From Vulcanimicrobiota bacterium (GTDB lineage Bacteria > Vulcanimicrobiota > Vulcanimicrobiia > Vulcanimicrobiales > Vulcanimicrobiaceae), in contig PKZK01000046.1 of assembly GCA_003133025.1 (NCBI GenBank), positions 1 to 15,823 on the forward strand: DNA of 15,823 nucleotides, in the 5' to 3' direction. Positions 1 to 8,423 of the stretch are shown piece by piece (position 1 is the first letter of the stretch; every line of letters begins with the position of its first letter). Under the pieces are notes generated by a model. It searched no databases and was not told where the DNA came from. It saw only the letters and a list, made by a program, of their open reading frames with translations. The position numbers were made by a program, and so were the translations under genes.

Positions 1-1
1 C

Positions 2-178
2 ATCGCCTATGGGCCGAAGTCGGCGGAGGAAGTGGTACAAGGCTGGCTCGACAGCCCCGGTCATTGCGAGAACATCATGGATCCCCGGTTTGCCGAAATG
101 GGCATTGCCTATGTCGCAGGTCCGGTCAGCCGGCACGGCCTGTACTGGGTGCAGCTGCTGGCCGCCCCGGGAGCATGA
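2..178 (+). CDS. CAP/SCP (cysteine-rich secretory protein family) domain protein, 3' fragment truncated by window edge
   Basis: Not in the ORF track. Frame from nt 2 reads IAYGPKSAEEVVQGWLDSPGHCENIMDPRFAEMGIAYVAGPVSRHGLYWVQLLAAPGA* (TGA 176-178). The W..SPGH..NI, MG.AY and YWVQ motifs are typical of the bacterial CAP domain C-terminus. Confidence 0.85.
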   Translation: MAYGPKSAEEVVQGWLDSPGHCENIMDPRFAEMGIAYVAGPVSRHGLYWVQLLAAPGA

Positions 179-236
179 CCGCCGCCGCAATATCGGAGAC
201 AATCGCCATTTCCGCCACCCGGATCCGGAGGTCGTC

Positions 237-1187
237 TTGCCGCTGCGTCACCTTGGCCGTTCCAGTTTGCAGGTGCCGCCCCTGTGCCTCGGCGGCAACG
301 TGTTCGGGTGGACCGCCGACCAGGCCGTGTCCTTCTCGGTATTGGATGCGGCCGTGGCCGCCGGACTCAATTTCATCGACACCGCGGACATCTATTCGGT
401 GTGGGTGGCGGGCCACCGCGGCGGCGAATCGGAAACCATCATCGGCCATTGGCTGCAGCGCGGCGCCAAGCGCGCGGATGTGGTGATCGCGACCAAGGTG
501 GGCATGGAAATCGCGCCCGGCCGCAAGGGACTGTCAGCGGCTCATATCACGCGTTCGGCCGAGGACTCCCTGCGGCGGCTGCGAACCGACTATATCGACC
601 TGTATTTCTCGCACTGCGATGACGCGAGCGTACCCATGGAGGAGACGCTCGGCGCCTATCAACGGTTGATCGCCGCGGGCAAGGTGCGCGCCATCGGCGC
701 CTCCAATTTCACCGCGGCCCGCCTCGCCGAGGCGCTCGACGCAAGCGGCCGGCACGGCCTGCCGCGCTATGAGGCGCTGCAGCCGCAATACAACCTGTAC
801 GAGCGCGCCGGTTACGAATCCGCACTGGAACCGCTTTGCCTGCAGCGCCAGGTCGGCGTCGTGAGCTACTCCGCCCTCGCCTCCGGATTTCTGAGCGGCA
901 AGTATCGCAGTACGGCGGATGCCGCCAAGAGCGCGCGCGGCAAGGGTGGCGTCGACAAATACCTGAACGATCGCGGCAGGCGAATCCTGGCGTCACTCGA
1001 TGCAGTGGCGCTGCGCCTGGGCGCTTCGGCTGCGAGCGTGGCGCTCGCCTGGCAGATTGCGCGACCGGGCATCACGGCACCGATCGCGAGCGCGACGACC
1101 GTGGCCCAGCTCGGCGATTTGGCCGCCGCCACGCGCCTGGCGCTGGATCCGGCAGCGCTCGCACAATTGAACGCCGCGAGCGCATGA
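237..1187 (+). CDS. Aldo/keto reductase (aryl-alcohol dehydrogenase-like), 316 aa
   Basis: Part of ORF 9..1187. Start reassigned to TTG 237 because GGAGG lies at 227-231 and the family N-terminus (LRHLGRSSLQVPPLCLGGNVFGW) begins there. The catalytic tetrad is seen in DTADIY (Asp, Tyr), IATKVG (Lys) and LYFSH (His). Also present: SLRRLRTDYIDLY, GKVRAIGASN, QPQYNL. Confidence 0.92.
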   Translation: MPLRHLGRSSLQVPPLCLGGNVFGWTADQAVSFSVLDAAVAAGLNFIDTADIYSVWVAGHRGGESETIIGHWLQRGAKRADVVIATKVGMEIAPGRKGLSAAHITRSAEDSLRRLRTDYIDLYFSHCDDASVPMEETLGAYQRLIAAGKVRAIGASNFTAARLAEALDASGRHGLPRYEALQPQYNLYERAGYESALEPLCLQRQVGVVSYSALASGFLSGKYRSTADAAKSARGKGGVDKYLNDRGRRILASLDAVALRLGASAASVALAWQIARPGITAPIASATTVAQLGDLAAATRLALDPAALAQLNAASA

Positions 1188-1531
1188 GCGCACCGTCCTC
1201 GCACGAGGCGTGGTTGCGCGCGCTGTTTGCCCTCGGCGTGGCACGCTGCAGCGCCGAGGCGGCATTGCCCGGATTGCTGCCGCGGGGCGCGCCGCGCGGG
1301 CGCACCCTGGTGCTCGGTGCCGGCAAGGCGGCGGCGGCGATGGCGGGGGTGGCCGCCGCCCATCTCGAAGGCGACGTGTCGGGCTGCGTGGTGACGCGAT
1401 TTGGTCACGTGACGAAGTCCTCCACGGGGGCCATCCGGGTGGTTGAAGCCTCGCACCCGGTGCCCGACGAGAACGGCCGTGCCGCCGCGCAGGAGATCCA
1501 TGAGCTGGCGCGCGCCGCCGGCGCCGCCGAC
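1184..1531 (+). pseudogene. Glycerate 2-kinase / hydroxypyruvate reductase TtuD-like (MOFRL-associated, DUF4147) 5' fragment
   Basis: GAGKA and HPVPD motifs are present. The sequence departs from the family just before the expected LVL.LISGGGSAL motif, and the MOFRL C-terminal domain is absent from the window. Confidence 0.8.
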
Positions 1532-2917
1532 GTGCGCGCGGTCGCAACGTCGGCCGTGCGCGAGGCGAGCAATCGCGACGAGTTTCTCGCTGCGGTGCGC
1601 GCGACCAGCGGCCTCGGCGTGGAGGTGCTCTCCGCCGACGAAGAAGCCCGGCTGATCCACCTCGGCGTCAGTCGCGGTTATCCCATCGGCGACCGCACCG
1701 CCTGCATCTTCGACATCGGCGGCGGCTCCACCGAATTCGTGATCGGCGACGCGCACCGGCCCTACTATTTGCGCAGCGTCAAACTCGGCAGCCTGCGCCT
1801 GTACGACGAGTTCTTGGCCAACGAATCGAGCGAACAACTCGGTTACCGCGCCTTGCAGCGGCACGTGCGGGAGACGCTACAGAGCACGATCGATCAGCTG
1901 CGCGACTATCGCTTCGATCTGCTGATCGGCACCTCGGGCACGGTGATGGGTCTGGCCGCGCTCGATGCGGCCAAAGCCGGTACGCCGGGTCAACGCGCGC
2001 ACGGGTACGTGCTCAAGCTCGCGCGCCTACGCGCGCTGCAGCGCGAAATGCGCGCGCTCGATCCCGCGGAGCGGCGCAAGATGCCGGGCATGAACCCGCG
2101 CCGCAGCGACATCATCGTGGCCGGCAACGCGATCGTCATGGGCATCCTCGAAGCGCTGGGACGCGAGGAGTTGATCGTTTGCGAGCGCGCGCTGCGCGAA
2201 GGCATCGTGGTCGATTACATCGAGCGGAATCTGGCCGTCGCGCGCAAGCTGGGCGACGAACGCACGCGGCGCTTCGACGAGGCGCACGCGCTGGCTTCGC
2301 GCTTCGGCGCCGACGACGTGCACGGCGCACACGTCGGCGGCCTCGCGCTCGAACTCTTCGACGGGCTCTCCGACCTCCACGGCTTGGAGCCGGCCGAGCG
2401 CGACGTGTTGTTCGCCGCGGCGATCCTGCACGACGTCGGTCGGGCCATCTCCGCGAGCGCGCACCACAAGCACTCGGCGTACATCGTGCGCAATGCCGGG
2501 CTGCCCGGCTGGCGGCCGGACGAGATCGCCACGATCGCCGCGCTCGTGCGTTATCACCGCAAAGCCTTACCCAAGCCGGCGCATGCCGAATGGGTCGCGG
2601 CTTCGCCCGACGTGCGCCGCAAGATGCTGATGTTGGGCGGGCTCTTGCGCATCGCCGACGGACTCGACCGGCGCCATCTCGGGCTCGTCGGCTCGCTCGC
2701 CGCGCGCTACGAACCCGACGGGGTGACGATCCGCGTCCGCGCGCAGCAGGACGTGACGCCGGAACTCGAGGGCGCCGCGTTCAAGGCGGACATGTTCGAG
2801 CGCGCGTTCGCGCTGCGTCCGCGCTTCGAAGTGGAACCGGCGGGCCCTTACGCCTCCGACTTCGGCGAGAGCGAGCCGAGCGCGGAGGAGATCGATGCGG
2901 CCAGCCTTTCGGGATAA
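1184..2917 (+). CDS. ppx: In-frame hybrid ORF (577 aa): glycerate 2-kinase N-terminal fragment fused to N-terminally truncated Ppx/GppA exopolyphosphatase with C-terminal HD-like domain
   Basis: ATG 1184 overlaps the AKR stop (ATGA). Residues 1 to ~116 carry glycerate kinase motifs (LGAGKAAAAMA, VVTRFGH, VEASHPVPDENG). From ~107 onward the protein carries Ppx motifs (AVATSAVREASN, EEARL, DIGGGSTE, GSLRL, GTSGT, ALREG, LHDVG, HHKHS, RYHRK, LRIADGLD). Confidence 0.8.
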   Translation: MSAPSSHEAWLRALFALGVARCSAEAALPGLLPRGAPRGRTLVLGAGKAAAAMAGVAAAHLEGDVSGCVVTRFGHVTKSSTGAIRVVEASHPVPDENGRAAAQEIHELARAAGAADVRAVATSAVREASNRDEFLAAVRATSGLGVEVLSADEEARLIHLGVSRGYPIGDRTACIFDIGGGSTEFVIGDAHRPYYLRSVKLGSLRLYDEFLANESSEQLGYRALQRHVRETLQSTIDQLRDYRFDLLIGTSGTVMGLAALDAAKAGTPGQRAHGYVLKLARLRALQREMRALDPAERRKMPGMNPRRSDIIVAGNAIVMGILEALGREELIVCERALREGIVVDYIERNLAVARKLGDERTRRFDEAHALASRFGADDVHGAHVGGLALELFDGLSDLHGLEPAERDVLFAAAILHDVGRAISASAHHKHSAYIVRNAGLPGWRPDEIATIAALVRYHRKALPKPAHAEWVAASPDVRRKMLMLGGLLRIADGLDRRHLGLVGSLAARYEPDGVTIRVRAQQDVTPELEGAAFKADMFERAFALRPRFEVEPAGPYASDFGESEPSAEEIDAASLSG

Positions 2918-3771
2918 CCGCCGTCTTCGCTCCAGAGCGTGGACAGCTTCGCGAGCGCGTCTTCGCGTCTGAGGGCGGCGGTGGCGCGGCACGCGGCGAG
3001 CCCGGCCGAGCGCGGATCGTCCCGCCCCATGTGCTTGCCGAGGTGCGCGTAGGTTCGCGCGAACGCGTCGGCGTCGGCGATCGTGCCCAACCGGTCTTGC
3101 AACGCGCCCAGCGCGTCGAGCGCTTGGGCTCCGGCCGGTCCGAGGAGCGAGTCGAAGAATTCCAGTGCATAGCGCAGCGCCTTCAAGCGCTTGCGGAGCG
3201 CGTGAACGGCTTCGGCCCCGCCCGCAGGAAACGCCTTCGCAGCCTGGTGCGTGACCGAGCGGAAACGTTTGCGCAGCGTGCGCCGCACGAATTTGGGCAG
3301 CGTGCCGCCGCCTTCCGCAGCGTCGGCCAGCGCTTCGAGCCCTTCGCGGTCGAACTGCGAGAGTTCGATCGCAAAGCGCGCCAGCGCGGCGCGTCGCGCG
3401 GCGACGAGCGCCTCGATCGCGGCCGCTATGCCGCTCGTCTCGGCCGCCGTCGCTCCGCCGAGCGCGCCGCGCAGTTCGCCCAGATGCACGTCCGCGTCGC
3501 GCACCTCCCCGAGCCGCCGGGCCAAGCGCCGCAGCGACCGTCGCTGGTGTGCGGCACCGTCCGCCGGAAGCAAGCGCGCGAAGAGGGCGAGCGCGGTGCG
3601 CAGGCGGCGGAGCGCGACGCGCATGTCGTGCGTGGCGCGCACGTCCTGTTCGAAGAGAACGGCCGGCGATTCGCGAATGGCGGCGGCCAAGAGAGGCCGA
3701 ATGACGGCACGAGCTGCTTCGGCCGGCGTCGTTTCGAGCGTCAATCCTTCGTAGCGGGGTGCCTTGGCCAT
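2848..3771 (-). CDS. CHAD domain protein (polyphosphate-binding module), 307 aa
   Basis: Two CHAD half-repeats: HDMRVALRRLRTAL...LGEVRDADV and HALRKRLKALRY...LQDRLG. AGGAGG ribosome-binding site just upstream of the ATG on the minus strand. Adjacent to ppx, a usual CHAD context. Confidence 0.88.
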   Translation of the reverse strand: MAKAPRYEGLTLETTPAEAARAVIRPLLAAAIRESPAVLFEQDVRATHDMRVALRRLRTALALFARLLPADGAAHQRRSLRRLARRLGEVRDADVHLGELRGALGGATAAETSGIAAAIEALVAARRAALARFAIELSQFDREGLEALADAAEGGGTLPKFVRRTLRKRFRSVTHQAAKAFPAGGAEAVHALRKRLKALRYALEFFDSLLGPAGAQALDALGALQDRLGTIADADAFARTYAHLGKHMGRDDPRSAGLAACRATAALRREDALAKLSTLWSEDGGYPERLAASISSALGSLSPKSEA

Positions 3772-3799
3772 GTCCCTCCTTGCCCGGACCCGCAGAAGT

Positions 3800-3809
3800 A
3801 GTGTATCTT
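3800..3809. promoter_or_regulatory. Putative overlapping divergent -10 elements (TATCTT on +, 3804-3809; TACACT on -, 3805-3800)
   Basis: This is the only AT-rich patch in the 78-bp divergent gap between the CHAD gene and the response regulator. Both hexamers fit TAnnnT and share the central TA. Confidence 0.45.
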
Positions 3810-3849
3810 GTCGGCGTGCCCGGTCCGCTCATGCAGCCGGGGAGGGGAT

Positions 3850-4560
<711 letters not shown>

Positions 4561-4564
4561 CGAC

Positions 4565-5728
4565 GTGATTGCCGGCGACCTGCTCGCGGTCGCCGCGGCC
4601 GTTGCCGCCGGGCTCGGCGGATTTTTGATCGGCCGCACGCGCGGGCGCCCGGCCGAGGGGGCCGAGACGGCCGCCGGCGTGGCGACCGATAGCCGGTCTT
4701 CGCTGCGATTCGAGCAACTGATTCGCGAGATCGGCGTGGGCATCGTGACGGTCGATTCGCGAGGACGCATCGAGGCACTCAATCCGGTGGCCTCGGAGAT
4801 CTTCGAGATGCCGGTGCAGCGGGCCATCGGACGCAGCATGATCGAAGCCGTTCCGTCGTTCGAGTTGGATCGCCGGGTGCGCGAGGCGCTCGCCGGGCGG
4901 GCGTCGCGCGGCCAGGTGCCGATCAACGTCCGCCAGACGCCGCGCATGTTGACCGTGACCGTGTTGCCCGCCGAGGGCGCCGACGGCGCCTTGGTCATCG
5001 CGATCGACGACACGCGGCTGCACGAGCTGGAACAGACGCGGCGCGACTTCGTCTCCAGCGTGTCGCACGAGTTGCGCACGCCGCTCTCTTCGATCAATTT
5101 GATGATCGAAACGATTTTGGCCACCGACCTCGACGAAGAAGCCCTGCGCATGTTCTTGCCCCGCGTCAAGCAAGAAGTGGACCGGATGATTCATCTCGTG
5201 CAGGATCTGCTCGACCTGGCCCGCTCCGAAGCCGGCCGCCTGCGCCTGCGCACCGAAGAACTCGATCTCTCGGCGGTGGCCGGAAATATCCTGAAGACCT
5301 TCGAGCCGCGGGCCGCGCAACTCGGCGTGCGGCTGGAACTCGACGCGCTGCCCGCCCGTCTCGAGGGCGACGCCGACCGGCTGGCTCAGGTTATGGTGAA
5401 TTTGGTGGATAACGCGCTGCGCCACACGCCCGCCGGCGGCTCGGTCGGCGTCGACGTGCGGCAGATCGAGGGCGCCGCGACGCTGACCGTACGCGACACG
5501 GGAATCGGCATCCCGTTCGGCGACCTGCCCCACGTGTTCGAGCGCTTCTACGTGGTCGATCGCTCGCGCGCCCGCGACTCGTCCGGGACGGGTCTAGGGC
5601 TCTCGATCGTGAAGCAAATCGTCGAGGCGCACGGCGGCACCGTCGTCGCCGATTCCGAACTCGGCTTCGGCGCCTCGTTTACGTGCGTGTTTCCGGCGGC
5701 ACGTTCGAGCGTCGCCGCCCGGCCCTGA
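4565..5728 (+). CDS. phoR: PhoR-like sensor histidine kinase (single N-terminal TM, PAS-like region, HisKA, HATPase), 387 aa
   Basis: H-box DFVSSVSHELRTPLSSI, N-box NLVDNALRHT, G1 VRDTGIGIP, F-box VFERFYVVDRSR, G2 GTGLGLSIVK. PAS-like segment GIVTVDSRGRIEALNPVASEIF. GTG start lies 4 nt after the regulator stop. Confidence 0.88.
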   Translation: MIAGDLLAVAAAVAAGLGGFLIGRTRGRPAEGAETAAGVATDSRSSLRFEQLIREIGVGIVTVDSRGRIEALNPVASEIFEMPVQRAIGRSMIEAVPSFELDRRVREALAGRASRGQVPINVRQTPRMLTVTVLPAEGADGALVIAIDDTRLHELEQTRRDFVSSVSHELRTPLSSINLMIETILATDLDEEALRMFLPRVKQEVDRMIHLVQDLLDLARSEAGRLRLRTEELDLSAVAGNILKTFEPRAAQLGVRLELDALPARLEGDADRLAQVMVNLVDNALRHTPAGGSVGVDVRQIEGAATLTVRDTGIGIPFGDLPHVFERFYVVDRSRARDSSGTGLGLSIVKQIVEAHGGTVVADSELGFGASFTCVFPAARSSVAARP

Positions 5729-5739
5729 GGGAGTTGCCG

Positions 5740-6579
5740 ATGATCCTGCGCGCCTGCGCTTCGCTCACGCTCTGCTCGCTGCTGCTCGCACCGCGCGGCG
5801 CCGGCGCCGATCAGGTGACCCTGACCGCGGCGGGCTCGACCGCCCTCTTGCCCTTGATCAAGTCCTCGGCCGAACTCTACGCGTTGCGCCGCCCGCAAAC
5901 GCAGATCACCGTCACCGGCGGCGGCTCCCGGGCCGGCGTTGCGCAGGCGGCGGCGGGTACGGTCGACTTGGGTCTCTCCGACACCGCAGCGACGGGGTAT
6001 CCCAACCTCGTCGACCACCACCTCTGCGTCGTGGGCTATGTGGTCGTGGCCAATCCCGGCATCGGCGTCACGAACCTGACCAAGGCGCAGTTGCGCGACA
6101 TCTTCGCGGGCAAGGTGACCAACTGGAAAGAGCTGGGCGGCGCCGACGTCAAGGTCGTGCCCATCGAGCGGCCCGCCGGATCGGGCACGCGGCTGGTCTT
6201 CGACGCGGCGATCATGGGCCAGGCAAAGGCCCCCGACGCGAGTTCGGTCGAGGACGTCACCTCCTCGCTGCTCGGCGACGTCCGCACGATTCCCGGCGCG
6301 ATTTCCTACGCCGCATTTCCGGGCCTGAAGAAATATCAGGACGACGCGTTTGCTCCGGTCGAGGGCGTCGTCGAGCTGTCGATCGACGGCGCGCCGCCCA
6401 CCGAGGAGGCCATCGGCAACGGTTCCTATCCGCTCTGGTCCTTCGAACACGTCTACACCAACGGTCCCCCGAGCCGCGAAGCCTCACGTTTCCTCGCCGT
6501 CGCTCAGACCAACGTCGACGCGATTCACGCCCTGGGCTTCATTCCGATCCGCGCGCTCACCAGTCCTGAGAAACATTAA
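5740..6579 (+). CDS. pstS: Phosphate ABC transporter substrate-binding protein, PstS family (paralog 1), 279 aa
   Basis: Start reassigned to ATG 5740 after GAGGGAG. Signal peptide ends AGA-D. Motifs AAGSTALLPL, GGGS, GLSD, DIFAGKVTNWKELGG, RPAGSGTR, PGAISY, YPLWSFEHVYT. Confidence 0.85.
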   Translation: MILRACASLTLCSLLLAPRGAGADQVTLTAAGSTALLPLIKSSAELYALRRPQTQITVTGGGSRAGVAQAAAGTVDLGLSDTAATGYPNLVDHHLCVVGYVVVANPGIGVTNLTKAQLRDIFAGKVTNWKELGGADVKVVPIERPAGSGTRLVFDAAIMGQAKAPDASSVEDVTSSLLGDVRTIPGAISYAAFPGLKKYQDDAFAPVEGVVELSIDGAPPTEEAIGNGSYPLWSFEHVYTNGPPSREASRFLAVAQTNVDAIHALGFIPIRALTSPEKH

Positions 6580-6629
6580 GGCACCCTTAACCTATCGTTA
6601 AGCCGGGCTTATGCTCGGGTTGCGAACAT
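6575..6629 (+). promoter_or_regulatory. Pho-box-like array of 11-bp direct repeats and probable pstS2-pstCAB promoter
   Basis: Units are ATTAAGGCACC / CTTAACCTATC / GTTAAGCCGGG / CTTATGCTCGG / GTTGCGAACAT, with TT at 6576, 6587, 6598, 6609 and 6620. TTAACC (6587-6592)-N17-TATGCT (6610-6615) forms a sigma70-like pair. AGGAGG at 6666-6671 precedes pstS2. Confidence 0.75.
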
Positions 6630-6677
6630 CGTGCTCGTTGTCATTCGTCGGTTCGTACTCGTTCTAGGAGGTCGTTC

Positions 6678-7517
6678 ATGTCCAGGACCGCGCTCGCGGC
6701 CCTTTTGCTCGGTGCGGCGCTGGCCGCGCCCGCCGTCGCCTCGGCCGATACGTCGCTCACCGCGGCCGGTTCGACGGCGCTGCTGCCGCTCGTCAAAGCC
6801 TCCGCGGAGGCATATCAAAACCAGCACAACGATCTGAAGATCAGCGTCACGGGCGGCGGGTCGCGCGTGGGCATCACGCAGGTCGCGGCCAAGGCCGTGG
6901 ACCTCGGCATGTCGGACATCCTGGCCAAGGGCTATCCGGATCTGGTCGACCATCGCGTGTGCGTGGTGGGCTTCTCGGTCTTGACGCACCCGGGCATCAA
7001 CGTCAAGAACGTCAGCAAGAAGCAGCTCCAGGATATCTTCGCGGGTAAGATCACGAATTGGAAAGACGTCGGCGGCGCCGACGTTAAGATCGTCGTCATC
7101 AACCGGCCGCGCAGTTCCGGCACCCGCGCCGTCTTCACGCAGACGATCATGGGCGACGTGCCGGTGAGCGAAACCGGCTTGACCGAAGATGCCACGGGCA
7201 CGGTGATCACCGCCGTGCGCACCACGCCGGGCGCGATTTCGTATGCGGCATTCTCGGGCACGAAGAAGTTCGAAGGCGGCCATTACACGACCGTCGAGGG
7301 CATCGCCGAACTCTCGATCGACAACGTCGCCCCGAGCGAAGAGAACGTGCAGACCGGCAAGTATCCGATCTGGTCCTACGAGCACATCTACACCAACGGC
7401 GTGGCCAACAAGGACGAGTCCCGCTTCCTCGCCTTCATCCAGAGCAATAGCGCGATCATTCACCAACTCGGTTACATCCTGTTCCGCGACATGAAGGTCA
7501 ACGAGACCGACCGCTGA
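6678..7517 (+). CDS. pstS: Phosphate ABC transporter substrate-binding protein PstS (paralog 2), 279 aa
   Basis: Strong RBS. Signal peptide ends ASA-D. Motifs AAGSTALLPL, GGGS, GMSD, DIFAGKITNWKDVGG, NRPRSSGTR, YPIWSYEHIYT. Directly precedes pstC. Confidence 0.92.
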   Translation: MSRTALAALLLGAALAAPAVASADTSLTAAGSTALLPLVKASAEAYQNQHNDLKISVTGGGSRVGITQVAAKAVDLGMSDILAKGYPDLVDHRVCVVGFSVLTHPGINVKNVSKKQLQDIFAGKITNWKDVGGADVKIVVINRPRSSGTRAVFTQTIMGDVPVSETGLTEDATGTVITAVRTTPGAISYAAFSGTKKFEGGHYTTVEGIAELSIDNVAPSEENVQTGKYPIWSYEHIYTNGVANKDESRFLAFIQSNSAIIHQLGYILFRDMKVNETDR

Positions 7518-7536
7518 GCATCGCCGAGTACAACCG

Positions 7537-8421
7537 ATGACGAACGTGCGCGCCGCCGGTAAGGCCCATCGCACCGAGCGACTCGCGCTGATCGTGCTGC
7601 GCGGCGCCAGCGGTTTCTTCATCGTTTCGATCGCACTCTTGATCGGTTACCTGGCGGTGGAGGGCACCAAGCTCTTCACCGTCGACCACAAGAGCATCTT
7701 CGAGTTTCTCTTCTCGCCGACGTTCGCACCCGATCAGGGCCACATCGGTGCGCTGGCCTTCATCCTCGGCTCGCTCTTCGTGACCGCTTTCGCGATTGCG
7801 GTCGGCGGGCCGTTCGGCGTCGCGGTCGGGGTCTTCTTCGCCGAACTCGCGCCCAAGCGCGTCGCTTCGGCGATGAAGCCCGCCATCGAAGTGCTCGTCG
7901 GCATCCCGTCGGTCGTATACGGCTGGCTCGGATTGACCTTGCTCGTGCCGCTCATTCGCAACACGACGGGTTCGACCGGCTTCGGCCTGCTCGCGGCGGG
8001 CATCGTGCTCTCGCTGATGATTCTGCCCACCGTCGTATCGCTGTCGGAAGACGCGATGCGGGTGGTGCCCGACTCCTTGCGTGAGGGTTCGCTCGCGCTC
8101 GGGGCTACGCGCTGGGAAACGATTTGGCGCGTGCTCTTGCCGGCCGCGAGCAGCGGCATCGGCGTCGCGGTGATCCTGGGGATCGCGCGCGCGATCGGCG
8201 AAACGCTGGCGATTCAACTCGTGCTGGGCAACGCGCCGGTCATTCCGGCGGGCTTGCTCAGCCCGGCTTCGGCGCTGACGTCCGAGATCGTCATGGACAT
8301 GGGCGGCGCCGCGCAAGGCTCGCTCTTGCAGCACTCGCTCTTCTCGATGGCCTTTCTCTTGTTGCTGATCGCGATGGGTCTGATCGTGCTGGTCAAGCTC
8401 GTCGCCAGGAAGGCGGCGTAG
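7537..8421 (+). CDS. pstC: Phosphate ABC transporter permease PstC
   Basis: Motifs IEVLVGIPSVVYGWLG, MILPTVVSLSEDAMRVVP, EAA-like loop REGSLALGATRWETI, ARAIGETLA. Multiple hydrophobic segments. Confidence 0.93.
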   Translation: MTNVRAAGKAHRTERLALIVLRGASGFFIVSIALLIGYLAVEGTKLFTVDHKSIFEFLFSPTFAPDQGHIGALAFILGSLFVTAFAIAVGGPFGVAVGVFFAELAPKRVASAMKPAIEVLVGIPSVVYGWLGLTLLVPLIRNTTGSTGFGLLAAGIVLSLMILPTVVSLSEDAMRVVPDSLREGSLALGATRWETIWRVLLPAASSGIGVAVILGIARAIGETLAIQLVLGNAPVIPAGLLSPASALTSEIVMDMGGAAQGSLLQHSLFSMAFLLLLIAMGLIVLVKLVARKAA

Positions 8422-8423
8422 CG

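Noticed and set aside
9..236. N-terminal extension of the 392-aa ORF 9..1187
   Set aside because: It overlaps the CAP-domain gene in another frame. The AKR homology and an RBS point to TTG 237.
836..1183. N-terminal 116 codons of the 693-aa ORF 836..2917
   Set aside because: This is an Arg-rich off-frame reading of the AKR gene. The real start is the coupled ATG at 1184.
2179..3832. Long ORFs 2179..3801 (+, 540 aa) and 2567..3832 (-, 421 aa)
   Set aside because: They are Arg/Ala/Gly-rich shadow frames over ppx and CHAD with no recognisable motifs, as expected in high-GC DNA.
3772..3849. Complementarity between TCCCTCC (3773-3779) and GGAGGGGA (3841-3848) as an RBS-sequestering switch
   Set aside because: It is explained by two divergent genes each having a Shine-Dalgarno sequence. 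The predicted TSSs would not place both in one transcript.
6575..6629. Periodic repeats considered as a CRISPR or iteron array
   Set aside because: The units are only 11 bp and degenerate, and no cas or rep gene is nearby. A response-regulator operator fits better.
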